From NCBI RefSeq assembly GCF_001194135.2, contig NC_068984.1, forward strand, positions 90,870,691 to 90,934,690: 64,000 bases of DNA, in the 5' to 3' direction. Positions 13,010 to 26,929 of the stretch are shown in pieces. Both the position numbers and the translations under genes were made by a program. This DNA comes from Octopus bimaculoides (Eukaryota). The notes below the pieces were generated by a model. It was not told the DNA's origin and did not search any database. It saw only the letters and a program-made list of their open reading frames with translations. Position 1 is the first letter of the stretch, and each line of letters begins with the position of its first letter.

Positions 13010-14570
13010 TGTGTGTTCTCATTTTGGGAGATACATGCTCACACACACACACACACACACACTAAATGTAGTTCATAACAAAAGAAAATGGTAAACATTT
13101 CCATAACACCTAAATTGGAACTTGGACTGAATGCCTTGTCTTGGCAGTAAAAGAAAACAAATTGTGTAAATTCAAAATTATTCCTTACTCGTTGCTTTCT
13201 CATTCATTTTTCCTATCTTCTTGACTGGAATATACTGCTTGAATATAATTGACTACTGTTCCATTATTCTACTGATAAAATACAAGATAAAATAACAGGC
13301 TGTTTACAGACAGAGAATATGAAATATTAAATGTTTACATAATATAAAATTTTTACTCACTTGCTTATAATAATTTGAAGAAGAAAAAAATCTTCATATG
13401 CTTTCACCCTTACATGAAAAACAGATGAACCAAATATCAAACTGTTTATTCATGTTTTATTTTATAACTTTGAATTTATAGAGAAAGACAAATGGAATGT
13501 AGTGATCTAAGTGTCTTTCCATAAGTGAAATAAAATGGTTTTAAGAGATCTAATTGTAGGGTTCACCAGGTGCTAACCTCTACTTAACAGCACTCATCAC
13601 ATTTTAAGAAGATCCTATTTCGAATTAGTTTTAGTATTTACTAAATCATAAATCATGACAAGTATCATGATACTAGTTGTACATGAAAACCATTTATACC
13701 ACTGCCACATTTTCTTAATGATAAATGAAAGAAAAAAATCTTGTCAGCTAGCTATGAAAGTAGTATTAAAGACTGATTTGTATTAATAACTAAAAATGAC
13801 AGCACAAAGGAGCAATCAAAGTTATCCAAAGTAGAAGAGCAAAGTGAAAAATGTATGAAAATATGTATTGGTGGTAAAGTGTAATAATGTAAGTATAGGT
13901 GAAGGAACATATTCTTCCAGAAGAGCCCCAAGTAAAGACTTATTTACAAGTGGTGGAAAATAGATGTATTCAAAGTACAATCAGTCACACAGAATCTTTT
14001 AAGAAAATAGCTATCTTCAACCCAGCACACAAACAGTATTGTAATCAACATTCCAACTGCTCTGTTATGTATATAGGTAGTTAGGGTAAATGCAGGCTGT
14101 TTCCTCTTGAAGCACATCTGCTTATTCCATTGTTGCAATCAAAATGTATCCATAATTACTGTTGTATGTTAAAATACAAAAATTGAGAATTGCAGAAATA
14201 TTATTTGCAGAGTTATTGTATAACAAACAGGAAAATAAAATTTTTGGGTATTTATTCTCCATTACAAATGTTTCATTTGCTAATAGGAATTATAAAGATT
14301 TACACGTTAGATAGACATGCAAAGAATTTCTAATAGGAAATTCCTGCTCTCATTTTGGGGATACATGCACACACACTAAATGTAGTTGATACCAAAGAAA
14401 ATGTTAAACATTCCCACAACACCTAAATTGGAACTTGGACTGAATGCTTTGTCTTGACAGTAAAAGAAAACAAATGTGTAAATTCAAAATTATTCCTTAC
14501 TCATTGCTTTCTCATTCAATCTTCCTATCTTCTTGACTGGAATATACTGCTTGAATATGATTGATTACTA
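13010..14570 (+). repeat. Local direct duplication of about 245 bp (13010-13255 and 14345-14575)
   Basis: Both copies contain 'ctaaatgtagtt..acacctaaattggaacttggactgaatgc..aaattcaaaattattccttactc..tcttcttgactggaatatactgcttgaatat'. Confidence 0.9.
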
Positions 14571-14687
14571 TTTATATAACATGTAAATCTATGTAATGTT
14601 TGCTAATTCCTATGAGCAAATGGAACACGTGTAATGGAGAATAAATAACAAAAAAATTTCTATTTTCCAGTTTTGTTTTATATCGCC

Positions 14688-14894
14688 TGACTGGCCTTTG
14701 TGCCGGTGGCACGTAAAAGCACCCACTACACTCTCAGAGTGGTTGGCGTTAAGAAGGGCATCCAGCTGTAGAAACCCTGCCAAATCAGATTGGTGCCTGG
14801 TGTAGCCATTTGGTTCATCAGTCCTCAGTCAAATTGTCCAACCCATGCTAGCATGGAAAGCGGACGTCAAACGATGATGATGATGATGATGATG

Positions 14895-14897
<3 letters not shown>
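14688..14897 (+). mobile_element. RTE-3'-tail short repeat ending in (gat)n
   Basis: Near-identical to the RTE 3' terminus at 23440-23640. Confidence 0.85.
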
Positions 14898-14929
<32 letters not shown>

Positions 14930-14931
<2 letters not shown>

Positions 14932-15078
14932 TCTTTTTTACTCTTTTACTCGTTTCAGTCTTTTGACTGTGGCCATGCTGGAGCACCGCCTTTAGTCGAG
15001 CAAATCGACCCCAGGACTTATTCTTTAGAAGCCTGGTACTTATTCTATCGGTCTCTTTTGCCGAACTGCTAAGTTATA
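14930..15078 (-). mobile_element. SINE 3' fragment
   Basis: 'gactgtggccatgctggagcaccgcctttagtcgagcaaatcgaccccaggacttattc'. Confidence 0.8.
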
Positions 15079-17267
15079 TATATATATACAAGAAATAATT
15101 TTTGCCTCTTTAAAAAAAACATTGATCAGAGAACAAACATCAAATTCGAGTCAATGACTTTATGGCCTATCAAGAAGGTATATACAATCAACTAAAAATG
15201 CAACTAAAAATCTAAATAAAATAAAATATCGACTAAAAAAAATTTCTTCTTACTCCCCTCAAACAAAAAAGTATGTCAAAAAATTCATATAAAAACCATG
15301 GTAGGTCGGAGTCCAGGAGCAAAAAGAGTTCCACACACACATATATATTTTCACAATTCTCAATTTTAATGTGTATTTTGATTGACATACAACAGTAACC
15401 ATGGATACATATTGCAATAACAGAATAAGCAGATGTGCTTCAAGAAGAAACAGCTGGGATTTACCCTAACTACACACACACACCAAAGCTGTTTCATGTG
15501 CTGGACTGAAGATAGCTAATTTCTCAAAAGATTCTGTGTGTCTGATTGTACTTCAAGTACATCTAATTTCTACCAATTGTGAATAAGTCTTTACTAGGAT
15601 CTCTTCTGGAAGAATATGTTCCTTCACCTATGTTTACACTAATACTATTTACCACCAATACATATTTTCGTAGAAAATGAAACACGTAATGAAGAATAAA
15701 TAATACCAAAATTTTCCATTTTCTTGTTTTGTCATGTGTGTGTGTTTATCGAGATCAAGTAAGAGTGAGTACTTCAAAATAATATTTTATTTTGCTTCTG
15801 TTTTGTTAATATACATTGCTATATTTAGGTGAATACACATGTACAAGAAGGCAGCGTGGGTTGGATTATACACAAGGTGGCAGTGTGGGTTATCTTTTGC
15901 TTTGGGTCATTTTTTTTTTACCACACAAGTAAATTCACTACACTTCAAATTATTTTCCCCTTAAATAGCTAATTTTTTTTTAACATACTAAATCTCAACC
16001 AATTATAACAAAACTTGGAAAATCAAATTTATTAATCTATTGTCAACTTGAAATGTTTTCTCTAGCCAAAATATGCTAGAATAAAATGATGTAATTATTA
16101 AACTGAAAATAATAGAGACTAAACTACTACTTCAAGTACTGAGGACTTTCAGGGAATAAAATGGAGAAAGCAGTTATAATAAATATATGTAATACATAAA
16201 TGATTTTAAACCTTTAAGCCTTATTGATGGAGTAGCCGTTTCATTATTAAGATTTTCATTCAGGAGCAATGAAAAGGCTAAGGATTGACAGAAAGAGTTC
16301 AGTTCATACAGGACGGTGCTAAAGTTAGAGTTTAAATTAGAAGTTAAATTAGTACACAGGTTGCTAGCCACAAAAGTTCATCCCCATTCTAATTCCCTAG
16401 ATTTCAATTTTGAATGATGTCCTTGGAAATATTTGAATGCTAAAGACTCAATTGTCTGTTAAAATATAAGTTATTTGCACAGGGTAGTATTTATAGGGAA
16501 GTACAATATTATGTAACTAGGTTCACAAAAGTTGCAGTGGATATTCTAATAGGAAATAAGTGTTATTGCAACACAAAACAAGAGCAGAAAAATTAAATAT
16601 ATTTTGCAGTCTAGTGGCATAAACTAGCACAGGAAATGGAACTAGTAATAAAATTTTGAGTAAGGAAAAGAGCATTTGCAAACAGTAAGAAAATAAAGGT
16701 ATTTCTTACAATGTAAACAATAAACTATATAATGTGCATGTACTAAGTGCGATGATACATAGCAGATTAATGTAGACAGTGAATTGATACTTATAACAAT
16801 TGCAAGGACCAAGCTGAGTATGGTTGATTTGATGTGTAATGTTACAGAATGGACTTGAGAAAGCAGCTTGATACTAAAAATTACTGGAAACTGATAGAAA
16901 CACATAATGCCAATGAATGATACTTCGTAGATAAAATAGATTATGGTGGAATGTTGGCAGGACAAAAACAGACTTGAAAAGGTAATTAGTTCAGACTTTA
17001 AAAAATTAGATAATAAGCATGAGATGATATTGTATTACAATCCTCTCTATCTCTCATACTAGGATAAAGAATAATGGTAATTGGAAGAAAAGATCTGTTT
17101 ATAACTATAACATACTATTTGTAACCTAGATTTGAAACAGGAGTCCACTATTACTACTTCACTTTTCAATATTTCCTTTATTTTCATTATGGAATGTAAA
17201 ATTCAAATTGTAAAATCCTTTTTAAAATTTGCATGTTTTAAAAATCTAATGTTAGTAAGCAAGGGTA

Positions 17268-18506
17268 TACAAGGGTTGGCTGAAAAGTTCATAGGCTGAT
17301 TATGAAGGAGTGATGCAAGCACTGCGATATATTGCATGCATTAATTTCAACTCTTCTTATTAATAACTGCATTGTTTCTTTACAGGTAAACAGACATCTG
17401 ACTATTTAAAGAAGACTTCAAAAGTAATTAGTAGCAACTTCTCTTGAAAATGAGCAAAAGTTGGCATCATGATGTTATCAAGTACCAGCAAAAAAAGGGT
17501 TTAGCCCCCAAGGACATTCATTCTGACATGGTTGCTACGTTAAGGAGTGATGCTCCAGCTTTACCAACAGTGCAAAAGTGAATTAGTTGAATTTAGAAGA
17601 GGAACAGAGAGTTTTGAAGATGACTCATGGTCTGGACATCCTGCAACTGCCACCCCCAAGGAATTGATCATGTTCACCACATGGTGATGGATGACAGGCA
17701 ACTGTCTATAAATCAAATAGGCAATGCTATTAGCATATCCTATGAGAGAGTTGAGAATATTTGGCACAATGAACATGGCACGATGAAGGTTTCTGCTTGG
17801 TTGGTGCCACATCATCTGATACCTGATTAAAAATGCACTGGGCTGATCACATCACAGGAAAATCTGACATTGTTTCAGGCAGGTCTAGCTGGTTTCTTTA
17901 AATATTTCTTAACCCAGGATGAGTGTTAGGTTCGTCCCTTTGAGCCAGAGACAAAGAGACAATCTATGGAGTGGAAACACCTCTCCTCACCTGCTCCAAA
18001 GAAGGCCAAAATAGTTTCAGGATAGGTGATGACCACAGTGCTTTGGGAAGCAATAGGTATTGTGTTTATTGACTATCTTCAAAAGGACCACACAATCAAT
18101 GGAGAATAAGCCAATTTGCTTAGGCAGTTATGGAAAGCTATCAAAACCAAATGGTCAGGAAAAATGACGAAAGGGGTCTTGTTTCATCAGGACAATGCTC
18201 CAGCATACAAGTCCTTGCTTTCAATGGCTGTTGTGCATGACTGTGGCTTTGAACTGGTTGATCACCCACCATATTCTCCTGATTTGGCCCTAAAGAATAT
18301 CATTTGTTCCTCAACATGAAAAGACATTTGGCTAGGAACCAGTTGTCACAGTGATGATGATGTCATATCAGCTGTTCAGGACTTTTGTGAGCAACAGGAT
18401 GAAAGCTTCTACACCAATGGGATTCAAGTGTTGTAACACGGATAGAAGAAACAAACCTCAGTCACATTCCATGTGAGTATCTTGGTCAGCCTATGAACAT
18501 TTCAGC
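17268..18506 (+). mobile_element. Full-length decayed mariner transposon
   Basis: TIRs gctgaaaagttcataggctga / tcagcctatgaacatttcagc. Transposase remnants KKGLAPKDIHSDMVATL, WLVPHHL, FHQDNAPAYKS, HPPYSPDLA, with multiple stops. Confidence 0.92.
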
Positions 18507-20266
18507 TGTTGAAAGATAAAGTTGATAAAATAAGTACTAATAATCTAAATGAAGTGCAAGGGATAATATCTACATCATACAAAATAAAAGTATTTCAAAT
18601 AAAATGAATATGTAAAACCATTTGCTATAAGACAACCATACAAAATATAGATAAGTTGAATTCTTCAGTATTATTTTATATTTATATGCATTCCATGTAT
18701 TATTTACTGTAACATGTAATTTTCTTCAAATGATTTTATTTTTAGATTTTATGTTACCACAAAAACCCCATTACTGGCTTAGAATTAAAGAAAGCAATCA
18801 AGTAAGTGATTAAACAGTTTCAATAAATAATGTATGGAAGACGAAAACTTAAAAGGTTAAAAAGAATAAGTTTTATCAGTCACAGTATTTTACAAGGTGT
18901 CTCCAAATGTCTCTTTAGAATTTAAAATGATATATAAAATTGTTAAAGGATGTGGCAACAAGAAATAAATCAGGATCCTCATAGTTATGTCACTATTTGT
19001 GGAGCTTACAAGCAATTTGAAATTCAACTGAAGACCTGTCCAAGTCTGGCAAGCTAAACAGCTTCCTGTCAATATTTGTTTCCAGTAAAATTCAGTTTGA
19101 TGTGTGTGTACACACAATTTTCTATATATGCAGATCTAGGCCTTCACTCAATTTCCCTCTTCCTCAAGCTACCCCACACCTACTACTACTTGAACTGTAG
19201 ATCTTCATTGACACCACTTTCTTACTACCCACTTGTTATCCATCCTTCATCCATTAATAAAGCTCTCTCCACCCACACTTTCATCGATCATCCCCACTGT
19301 GCCACTAAATTATCACTCCTCTTCATACATTATGCCTGCCTCTTTCTCTTTCTTCACCATCCACTTCTGCAACCTACCAAATAGCATTTCATCTATCTTT
19401 TGTCCTCCTCTTCACTGTATTATTATTACTATTTTGCTACTCTGCAGTATCAGACACCCTCCACTCCCCCACTCACTCCCGACCCCATTCTTACCCCTTC
19501 ATACCTTGAAGGTCCACCTTGATACTATTTTTATTGCTTTTCCGGTGCCACCCAATCACCCCCACTCTTTTCTAAAATACGAGTAGTCATGTAGCTCCTC
19601 TACATCAAGAAACCTATTCTGCTGTTTCTCTCATACTTTACCATCCCACTCTACTCCACATCTTCTAGTGTAAAGTTGACCCCTTGGAGTTCACACAATT
19701 GTAAGCTGTGAGGTGACCTTGGTAGTGCTGGCGGCAAGAAAAAGTATGCATTACACACGGCTGGTGTTAGGAAGGGCATTCAGTTGTAACACTGGAACAC
19801 AATGCAGTCCTTGGATCCATCAGATCCTGTCAAACTATCCAACTCAAGTCAGCATGAAACATACATGAAGATACACACATATGTGTGTGTATATGTAAAT
19901 ACATGTGTGCATGTGTATACATATATATATGTGTGCAGACACACACACTAATATGTATACACACATATATACTACACATTAAAAAAAAAGTGGTATACTT
20001 TATTGATCCAATGTTGAATATAGATGTTGGGGCTACTCAGTTAAAATACACACATACACAAATGTGTATAGAAATGTAAGTAAAATACACAATATATGTA
20101 GAGTTTACATATTTATTTGAAGTTGATTATTTACTATGAATATATGTGGAGTTTCTCACAAAGATATGTATTCATTCAACCTGAATAAACAAGAAACTCA
20201 GAGTACTGATGTAGTGAATCATCGTCAACATCAGTGAGTGAGTGAGTGAGTGAGTGAGTGTGTGTG

Positions 20267-20315
<49 letters not shown>

Positions 20316-20713
20316 NNNNNNNNNNNNNNNNNNNNNNNNNATATATATATATATATATATATATATAATCCAAGAAAGTTAGGGGTTGTGAATCCAACCC
20401 ACTAAGGGATAATATCTATCCAATATACTGCTGGGAGGATACCCAATTATTATTACACTAGTGTTTTTACCAAGTGCAATAAATGGGTGCAGGTAAAAGG
20501 AGGTTTTACCCTAAATTTATATAGCAATAAGAAAATGGAGGGGAATATGAGGTACTCATCAACTTACAGACACTGTACTACGTTAATTAATCCGTTTATT
20601 TTTCAACCAAAAGGACAATAAAGACAATATACAAACACATATAACACACTATGTCATATCAACAATTAAAAATTAAAAATGCAAAAGGACATCTAGCGAC
20701 TGAAGAAGGGACA

Positions 20714-20849
20714 AAGTCTTACAACTGTTTCAGCCTAGAGTTGGCATGCCCCATTCTATCTATTTAACTCCAGTAAGCTGGAGTAATTGATAGATGAAAA
20801 GGATGCAACGGGGGTACATGCATGATTCACTAAGCCTCTTCATAGATTT
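20714..20849 (-). ncRNA. Degenerate minimal type-I hammerhead ribozyme (long stem II)
   Basis: Minus strand: aaatct-ATGAAGA-ggcttag...ctaggct-GAAAC-agtt-GTA-agactt. C3 is changed to A and the loop palindrome is broken. Confidence 0.55.
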
Positions 20850-21088
20850 ACAAAGTTCAGTTCATGAAGTTTACAAAATTCAAATATAAATATAAAAAAT
20901 AAAAGCATATAAAAAAGCATATAAAAGAAACCATATAAAGAGTCATAAAAACTCATCTATATATGCATGCATACATTAACATATACAGATATAAATAAAT
21001 ACATAAACATAAATATATGAATACCTATATGTGTGTTCAGAGTACATACATAAATGTCTGTACATGCACACCAAAGAGTCAAAAGTTA

Positions 21089-21940
21089 CAATTTCAGGAG
21101 TAATCCAATGGATTTTCCCCTCACCAGTAGAATACAATAAGAAATAAATGAAATACTAACAAGCACCCATGGAAAAAAGCAGAAGCAAAAGTCATGAGTA
21201 CACATAAGTACCCCAGTTATATCTAAATATAAAATTTCCGTAGCAAGCTTCAGCACACATATGATTGGTCAGGAACCACAACTTAAAGTGATCACCAGAC
21301 CCAAAGTGAATGGTAATAAATTTACTTCTAATATAGGATAAAATTTTTCAAAAATTTCATCAACCATTTTAAAATACCTTTAAAGGTGTAAATTATAAAC
21401 AATTATAAATAAAGGCAAAAGAAAAAAAATATCTATGCCAATATGCTGAGAAATTTATTACCATTCACTTCGGGACTGGTGACCACTCTAAGTTGTGGTT
21501 CCTGACCGATCACACATGTGCTGAGGCTCACTATGGAATTTTTATATTTAGATATAACTGGGGTACTTATGGGTACTCATGACTTTTGCTTCTGCTTTTT
21601 TCCATGGGTGCTTGTAAGTATTTCATTTATTTCTAATCATATTCTCTACTGATGAGGGGAAAATCTATTGGATTAATCCCAAAATTAATTCAATATAGAG
21701 ACGACGCATTTTAAAAAAATTTCGTTAGCTTGCTTTCCTCAATTTCAGCAGAACATGTATTCATGGTGATGAATATTCTACATGGTGATTGATGATTTAA
21801 AGTGTATTTCTCAGCATATTGGCATAGAATTTTTTTCTTTTGCTCTTATTTATAATTGTTTATAATTTTCACCTTTAAAGGTATTTTAATATGCTAGACA
21901 CTTGATGAAATTTTTGAAAAATTTTATCCTATATTAGAAG
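21089..21940. repeat. Nested, permuted inverted repeat with hammerhead motifs (PLE pLTR- or retrozyme-like)
   Basis: 21089-21323 is the reverse complement of about 21452-21686, and 21324-21450 is the reverse complement of about 21806-21940. Confidence 0.85.
21644..21700 (+). ncRNA. Minimal type-I hammerhead ribozyme, G12 mutated to A
   Basis: ctcta-CTGATGA-gggga...tccc-(A)AAA-ttaattcaa-TA-tagag. Stem I ctcta/tagag is perfect. Confidence 0.65.
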
Positions 21941-21950
21941 TATATGTATG

Positions 21951-21985
<35 letters not shown>

Positions 21986-22029
21986 GTGATCTTCCAGATT
22001 GCATAATGTTATTCCTTTCTTGTGTTGAA

Positions 22030-23640
22030 TCTGCTGTTTTAACCTCAAGAAAGTCTTTAGATAACGAGTACAGTGAAGAATTCCGAGTAGAGGTAGGAGT
22101 CCACCAAGGTTCAGTCCTCAGCCCCCTCCTATTTATCATAGTCCTCCAGGCAATAACACAGGAATTCAAGACAGGATGCCTCTGGGAGCTCCTCTATGCT
22201 GATGACCTTGCGCTAATTGCTGAGTCATTATCAGAACTAGAGGAGAAGTTTCAGGTGTGGAAGCAAGGACTAGAATTGAAGGGCCTTAGAGTCAACCTAG
22301 CTAAAGCCAATGTCCTAATAAGTAGGANNNNNNNNNNACAACTTCTGCCACATTCCAGGGAGAAAAACTAGACTTAGTTGATAGCTTCCGCTATCTAGGT
22401 GACCAAGTTAGTAGTGGGGGAGAGTGCGCTGAAAGTGTAGCTGCTAGAATACGAATAGCCTGGGCAAAGTTCAGAGAACTTTTACCTCTGCTGGTGACAA
22501 AGGGCCTCTCACTCAGAGTAAAAGGTAGACTGTATGATGCATGTGTACAAACAGCCATGCTACATGGAAGTGAAACATGGGCCGTGACTGCTGAGGACAT
22601 GCTTATGCTCGCAAGGAATGAAGCCAGTATGTTCCGATGGATGTGTAATGTAAGTGTGCATACTCGACAGAGTGTAAGTGCCTTGAGAGAGAAGTTGAAC
22701 CTAAGAAGCATCAGTTGTGGTGTGTAAGAGAGACGATTGCGCTGGTATGGACATGTGGCGAGAATGGATGAGGATAGCTGTGTGAAAAAGTGCCACACCC
22801 TAGCAGTTGAGGGAACCTGTGGAAGAGGTAGACCCAGGCAGACCTGGGATGAGGTGGTGAAGCATGATCTTCGAACATTAGGCCTCACCATGGCAATGAC
22901 GTCTGACAGAGACCTTTGGAAATATGCAGTGCGTGAGAAGACCCAGCAAGCCGAGTGAGACCATAATCCAAGGCCTCTGCCAGGGGTGTAGCCAGCCCAC
23001 TTATGCGTACTTTTCCTTCATTGGACACTAAATTCTGGTTGCGAAGACCTGTTGAGGCAAGTGAAATCGAGATCGAACTAAATTCGATGACTGGCACCCA
23101 TGCCAACGTCTCCTTCAATGGACACTAAACTCAGTTTGCGAAGACCTGTTGAGGCAAGTGAAAGCGAAATCGTGATGGCACCTGTACCACTGGAGCACTA
23201 AGAGCACTGTCCGAGCGTGATCGTTACCAGAACAGCTGTCTGGCTTCCATGCCAGTGGCACGTAAATAGCACCATTTGAGTGTGATCATTACCAGCGTCA
23301 CCTTCCTGGCATTTGTGCCGTGGCACGTGTAAAGACATTCGAGCAAGGTCGTTGCCAGTGCCGCTGGACTGGCTCCTGTGCAGGAGGCATGTAAAATACA
23401 CCATTTTGAGTGTGGCCGTTGCCAGTACTGCCTGACTGGCCTTCGTGTTGGTGGCACGTAAAAGCACCCACTACACTCTTGGAGTGGTTGGCGTTAGGAA
23501 GGGCATCCAGCTGTAGAAGATCTGCCAAATCAGATTGGAGCCTGGTGTAGCCATCTGGTTCACCAGTCCTCAATCAAATCAACCAACCCATGCTAGCATG
23601 GAAAGCGGACGTTAGACGATGATGATGATGATGATGATGG
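22030..23640 (+). mobile_element. RTE-clade LINE 3' portion (RT end, 3' UTR, (gat)n tail)
   Basis: GVHQGSVLSPLLFIIV, LLYADDLALIA, FRYLG, RLRWYGHVARM, RGRPRQTWDEVVKHDL, then a tandem-unit 3' UTR and the tail. Confidence 0.95.
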
Positions 23641-23777
23641 TAGTGTAGCATAAGGAATAACAGTCACATTTCTCTGGTCATTTGCACACTTGCATTATCC
23701 AATGCTGCTACTCTATGAGAATTGCAGTCATCAAATGATAAGCTTATATATGCTTGTTATTAGTCTCTTCTATTTCT

Positions 23778-24672
23778 ACAGGATGCGGTGAATAAATTGT
23801 CATCTAACTTACGCAAAAATGAAAATAACACTGACATCTCATTTTAACAGGTATATTTACCAAAATTACATAAAAATATCTTGAAATACTAAAGAGCAAA
23901 TTTATTCAATAAAATTGTCATTGGCTTCAACTATGGCCACCAGACAACTTTGGAATCTCCTGCAATATTTCTGGATGGGCTCCTTGTTTAAGTTGGTGAA
24001 TGCTGCCATATTCCTTGCCTTCAGATCATCTTTGGTGATACAAGGAGTTTTGTTGGTCTCTCATTCAATTGTGCCGCACACGTAATAATCAAGGGGGTTA
24101 CAGTGTGGGGAGTTAGGTGGCCAGATGTTAGAGGTGATGTGGTTGCAGAAATTGTCTGACAGCCTCAACTGGGTTTTCCTGCTTGTGTGGCATAGTGCAG
24201 AGTCCTGTTGCCAGACAGGGTCTTCCAGCAGCCACCCTCTTGACCCAGGGCAGCACTACCTCCTCCAGGCACTTGATGTAGGCCTCCATGTTGAGTCTGA
24301 GGTTGAGTGGGTAGATGAATGGAGGCACAACATTACCATCACTAGTGATCACTCCAAACACCATGATGTTAACTGGATGTTTGATTTTTATCACTCTCCT
24401 CAAATTGATTGTCCTCAGACTGACACCCAAACACTCTGAAATGTTTGTACTGGAGCTTCCAGTACAAATGCCAAGCAGTACAGCATGTCATTTCCAAATT
24501 TCTGGCAGAGTGAATTGCGCTATGGCGCTGTATTTCTCACAGATGGTACTCTACTATACTGTGTAGTCAACAAAATCAAAAACAAACAATGTGCATGAGT
24601 CAAATTAAAAATATAAAATGGCAACAATCTACCCATCGCACTAGACAATCTGCTTTCACCATTGATACCTGT
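23778..24672 (-). mobile_element. Tc1/mariner transposon remnant, DD37D (maT)-like
   Basis: KHPVNIMVFGVITSDG, CLEEVVLPWVKRV and PLDYYV-type motifs, with imperfect TIRs at both ends. D-D spacing not counted. Confidence 0.75.
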
Positions 24673-25019
24673 TCACATCAAGGTGTCAGCCACTTTCATT
24701 ACATCTAATATCACATCATTAATTTGCAAAATGTATATTCATTAGCAATCTTAAAAACTTTGAGATTTAAGAAATGAATGGTTATATAAGACAAAAAAAC
24801 ACAAAATATTCTTTTTTTTTATTTTTCACTCATAGTCGTCAAGCACTCTTAAGAGATAAGTGCTTTTACAAAGATAACTTAGTCAACACATACTAGACAG
24901 CATGGAGGGAAAATCAGTATTGTAATCATAAGTTAATATGAAGATTAAGGAAGAACATACTAAGAGCTCTGAACAAAGAAAAATTATGTTAATATACTTT
25001 GTTAAAGGAGATATCTTTT

Positions 25020-25375
25020 AACTTGTTTTAGTAATCAGTATGTGGCTATGCTGAAGCACCACCTTGAAGAATTTTTACTGAAATGAATCGATCCCAGTAC
25101 TTTTGGTCTCTTTTGCTGAACTGCTAAGTTACAGGGACATTAACACACAAACGCTGGTTGTCAAGCAGTGGTAGGGAACAAATACAGGCACAAAGACACC
25201 CACACATATATACAATGAGTTTCTTTCAGTTTCCATCTACCAAATCCACTCACAAAGCTTTGGTCGGCCTAAGGTTGTCGTAGAAGATACTTGTCCAAGG
25301 TGACAAGCAGTGGAACTGAAACTAGAACCATGTGATTGAGAAGCAAACTTATCACACAGCCATGCCTGTGCCTGT
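25020..25375 (-). mobile_element. Full-length SINE
   Basis: Reads on the minus strand as head 'caggcatggctgtgtgataagtttgcttc..' through to the tail. Confidence 0.8.
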
Positions 25376-26537
25376 ATCCAATTTCCAATCCCTAGTGCCA
25401 CTCTAATCACTCTTTCCACCCAAGAATGCTGATTTCAGGAATTGTCTCTCTACCTATGTTTTCTTTACTGGTTTTGGAGAGCTTATGAAAGCCAATTAGA
25501 AATTCTTGAAATTTTTCTTCAGAGTAACATGATAAAACTGGCATCCTCTACATAAAAACAAATGAATTCGCTCTGAAAATCTGTATAACATTCTCCTCTA
25601 AGATCACAGGAAGGACAAACACATTTATCTCTTACACACGTATGAATACAAATACTAGCACTGTCTAAACTCAAAATAAAGGAGTTATGTTTTGTTAGTG
25701 ACCAACCTTTCTGTTGCAAAGACAAAAATCTAAATTTTCAAGCCATATTGAATACACACATTTATATACATATAAAAAGAAATGTTAAATGAATATATAA
25801 GAGCAAAACAAATGTTCAAAAGTAAGTAAACATGCGACACTCACCAAATGACAATCCTTGTGCAAAGCAAGGCATATCTAACATCTACTGATTAGAGAGA
25901 TAAAAATAATTCTGTAGTGTCCTATCAGCAGCTCAAAGCAAATAACTAATAATCAGATTTCTTCATACAAAAGTTCATATACTTATAAGTGAGTAAGTGA
26001 CAGACATACATACTGAGAGACAGGACATCAGGAAATGTTTTAATAGCGTGAATCATTTTTAGTAATTTGTTTGAACAGAATATTTCTACAGAATCATATC
26101 TATATAAGCACTTCAATCTACACACAGAGTACATAGATGTAAATACAAAATGAATACAGCAGACATGACGGGGAAGTCAATTTCGTTCAAAGGCATTGTT
26201 AGACTTCAGAATGAGAGCAATGCAATCATAAATTAGTAAACTATCACCAATTTGTTTTTGTTTCTCTCTCTCTGTATGTNNNNNNNNNNNNNNNNNNNNN
26301 NNNNNNNNNNNNNNNNNNNNNNNNNNNNNNNNNNNNNNNNNNNNNNNNNNNNNNNNNNNNNNNNNNNNNNNNNNNNNNNNNNNNNNNNNNNNNNNNNNNN
26401 NNNNNNNNNNNNNNNNNNNNNNNNNNNNNNNNNNNNNNNNNNNNNNNNNNNNNNNNNNNNNNNNNNNNNNNNNNNNNNNNNNNNNNNNNNNNNNNNNNNN
26501 NNNNNNNNNNNNNNNNNNNNNNNNNNNNNNNNNNNNN

Positions 26538-26577
<40 letters not shown>

Positions 26578-26929
26578 TGATGGATTCAAGGGTTTCGTTT
26601 ATTTACGAGTTGATTTCTTAATTTCACCAGAGTATAAATACCTGTAATGGTGATACTTAAAGTTTTTTTTTTATTTTAATCTTACTTAAAATTTCCCAAT
26701 GAGCATGCGGTCATATTATTTATATCCTACAATGAACTACAGTACATTTGATTCATCTGCCATCATTGAAAGACATTCAAAACACTTCTTAAATTCTATG
26801 CAATATTTTCTGTAGGTATTTCATTTTGTTCACTTTCTTTTTCATTTGAATCAACCTATATCTGTCTCACTATAACCTTTTCATCATCACCTCCTCCCCT
26901 CTTAAAAGTTTTTGTCTTGCATGTACTTG

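Noticed and set aside
20545-20570. TTGATGA core-like motif on the minus strand
   Set aside because: No GAAA, stem III or stem I partner nearby.
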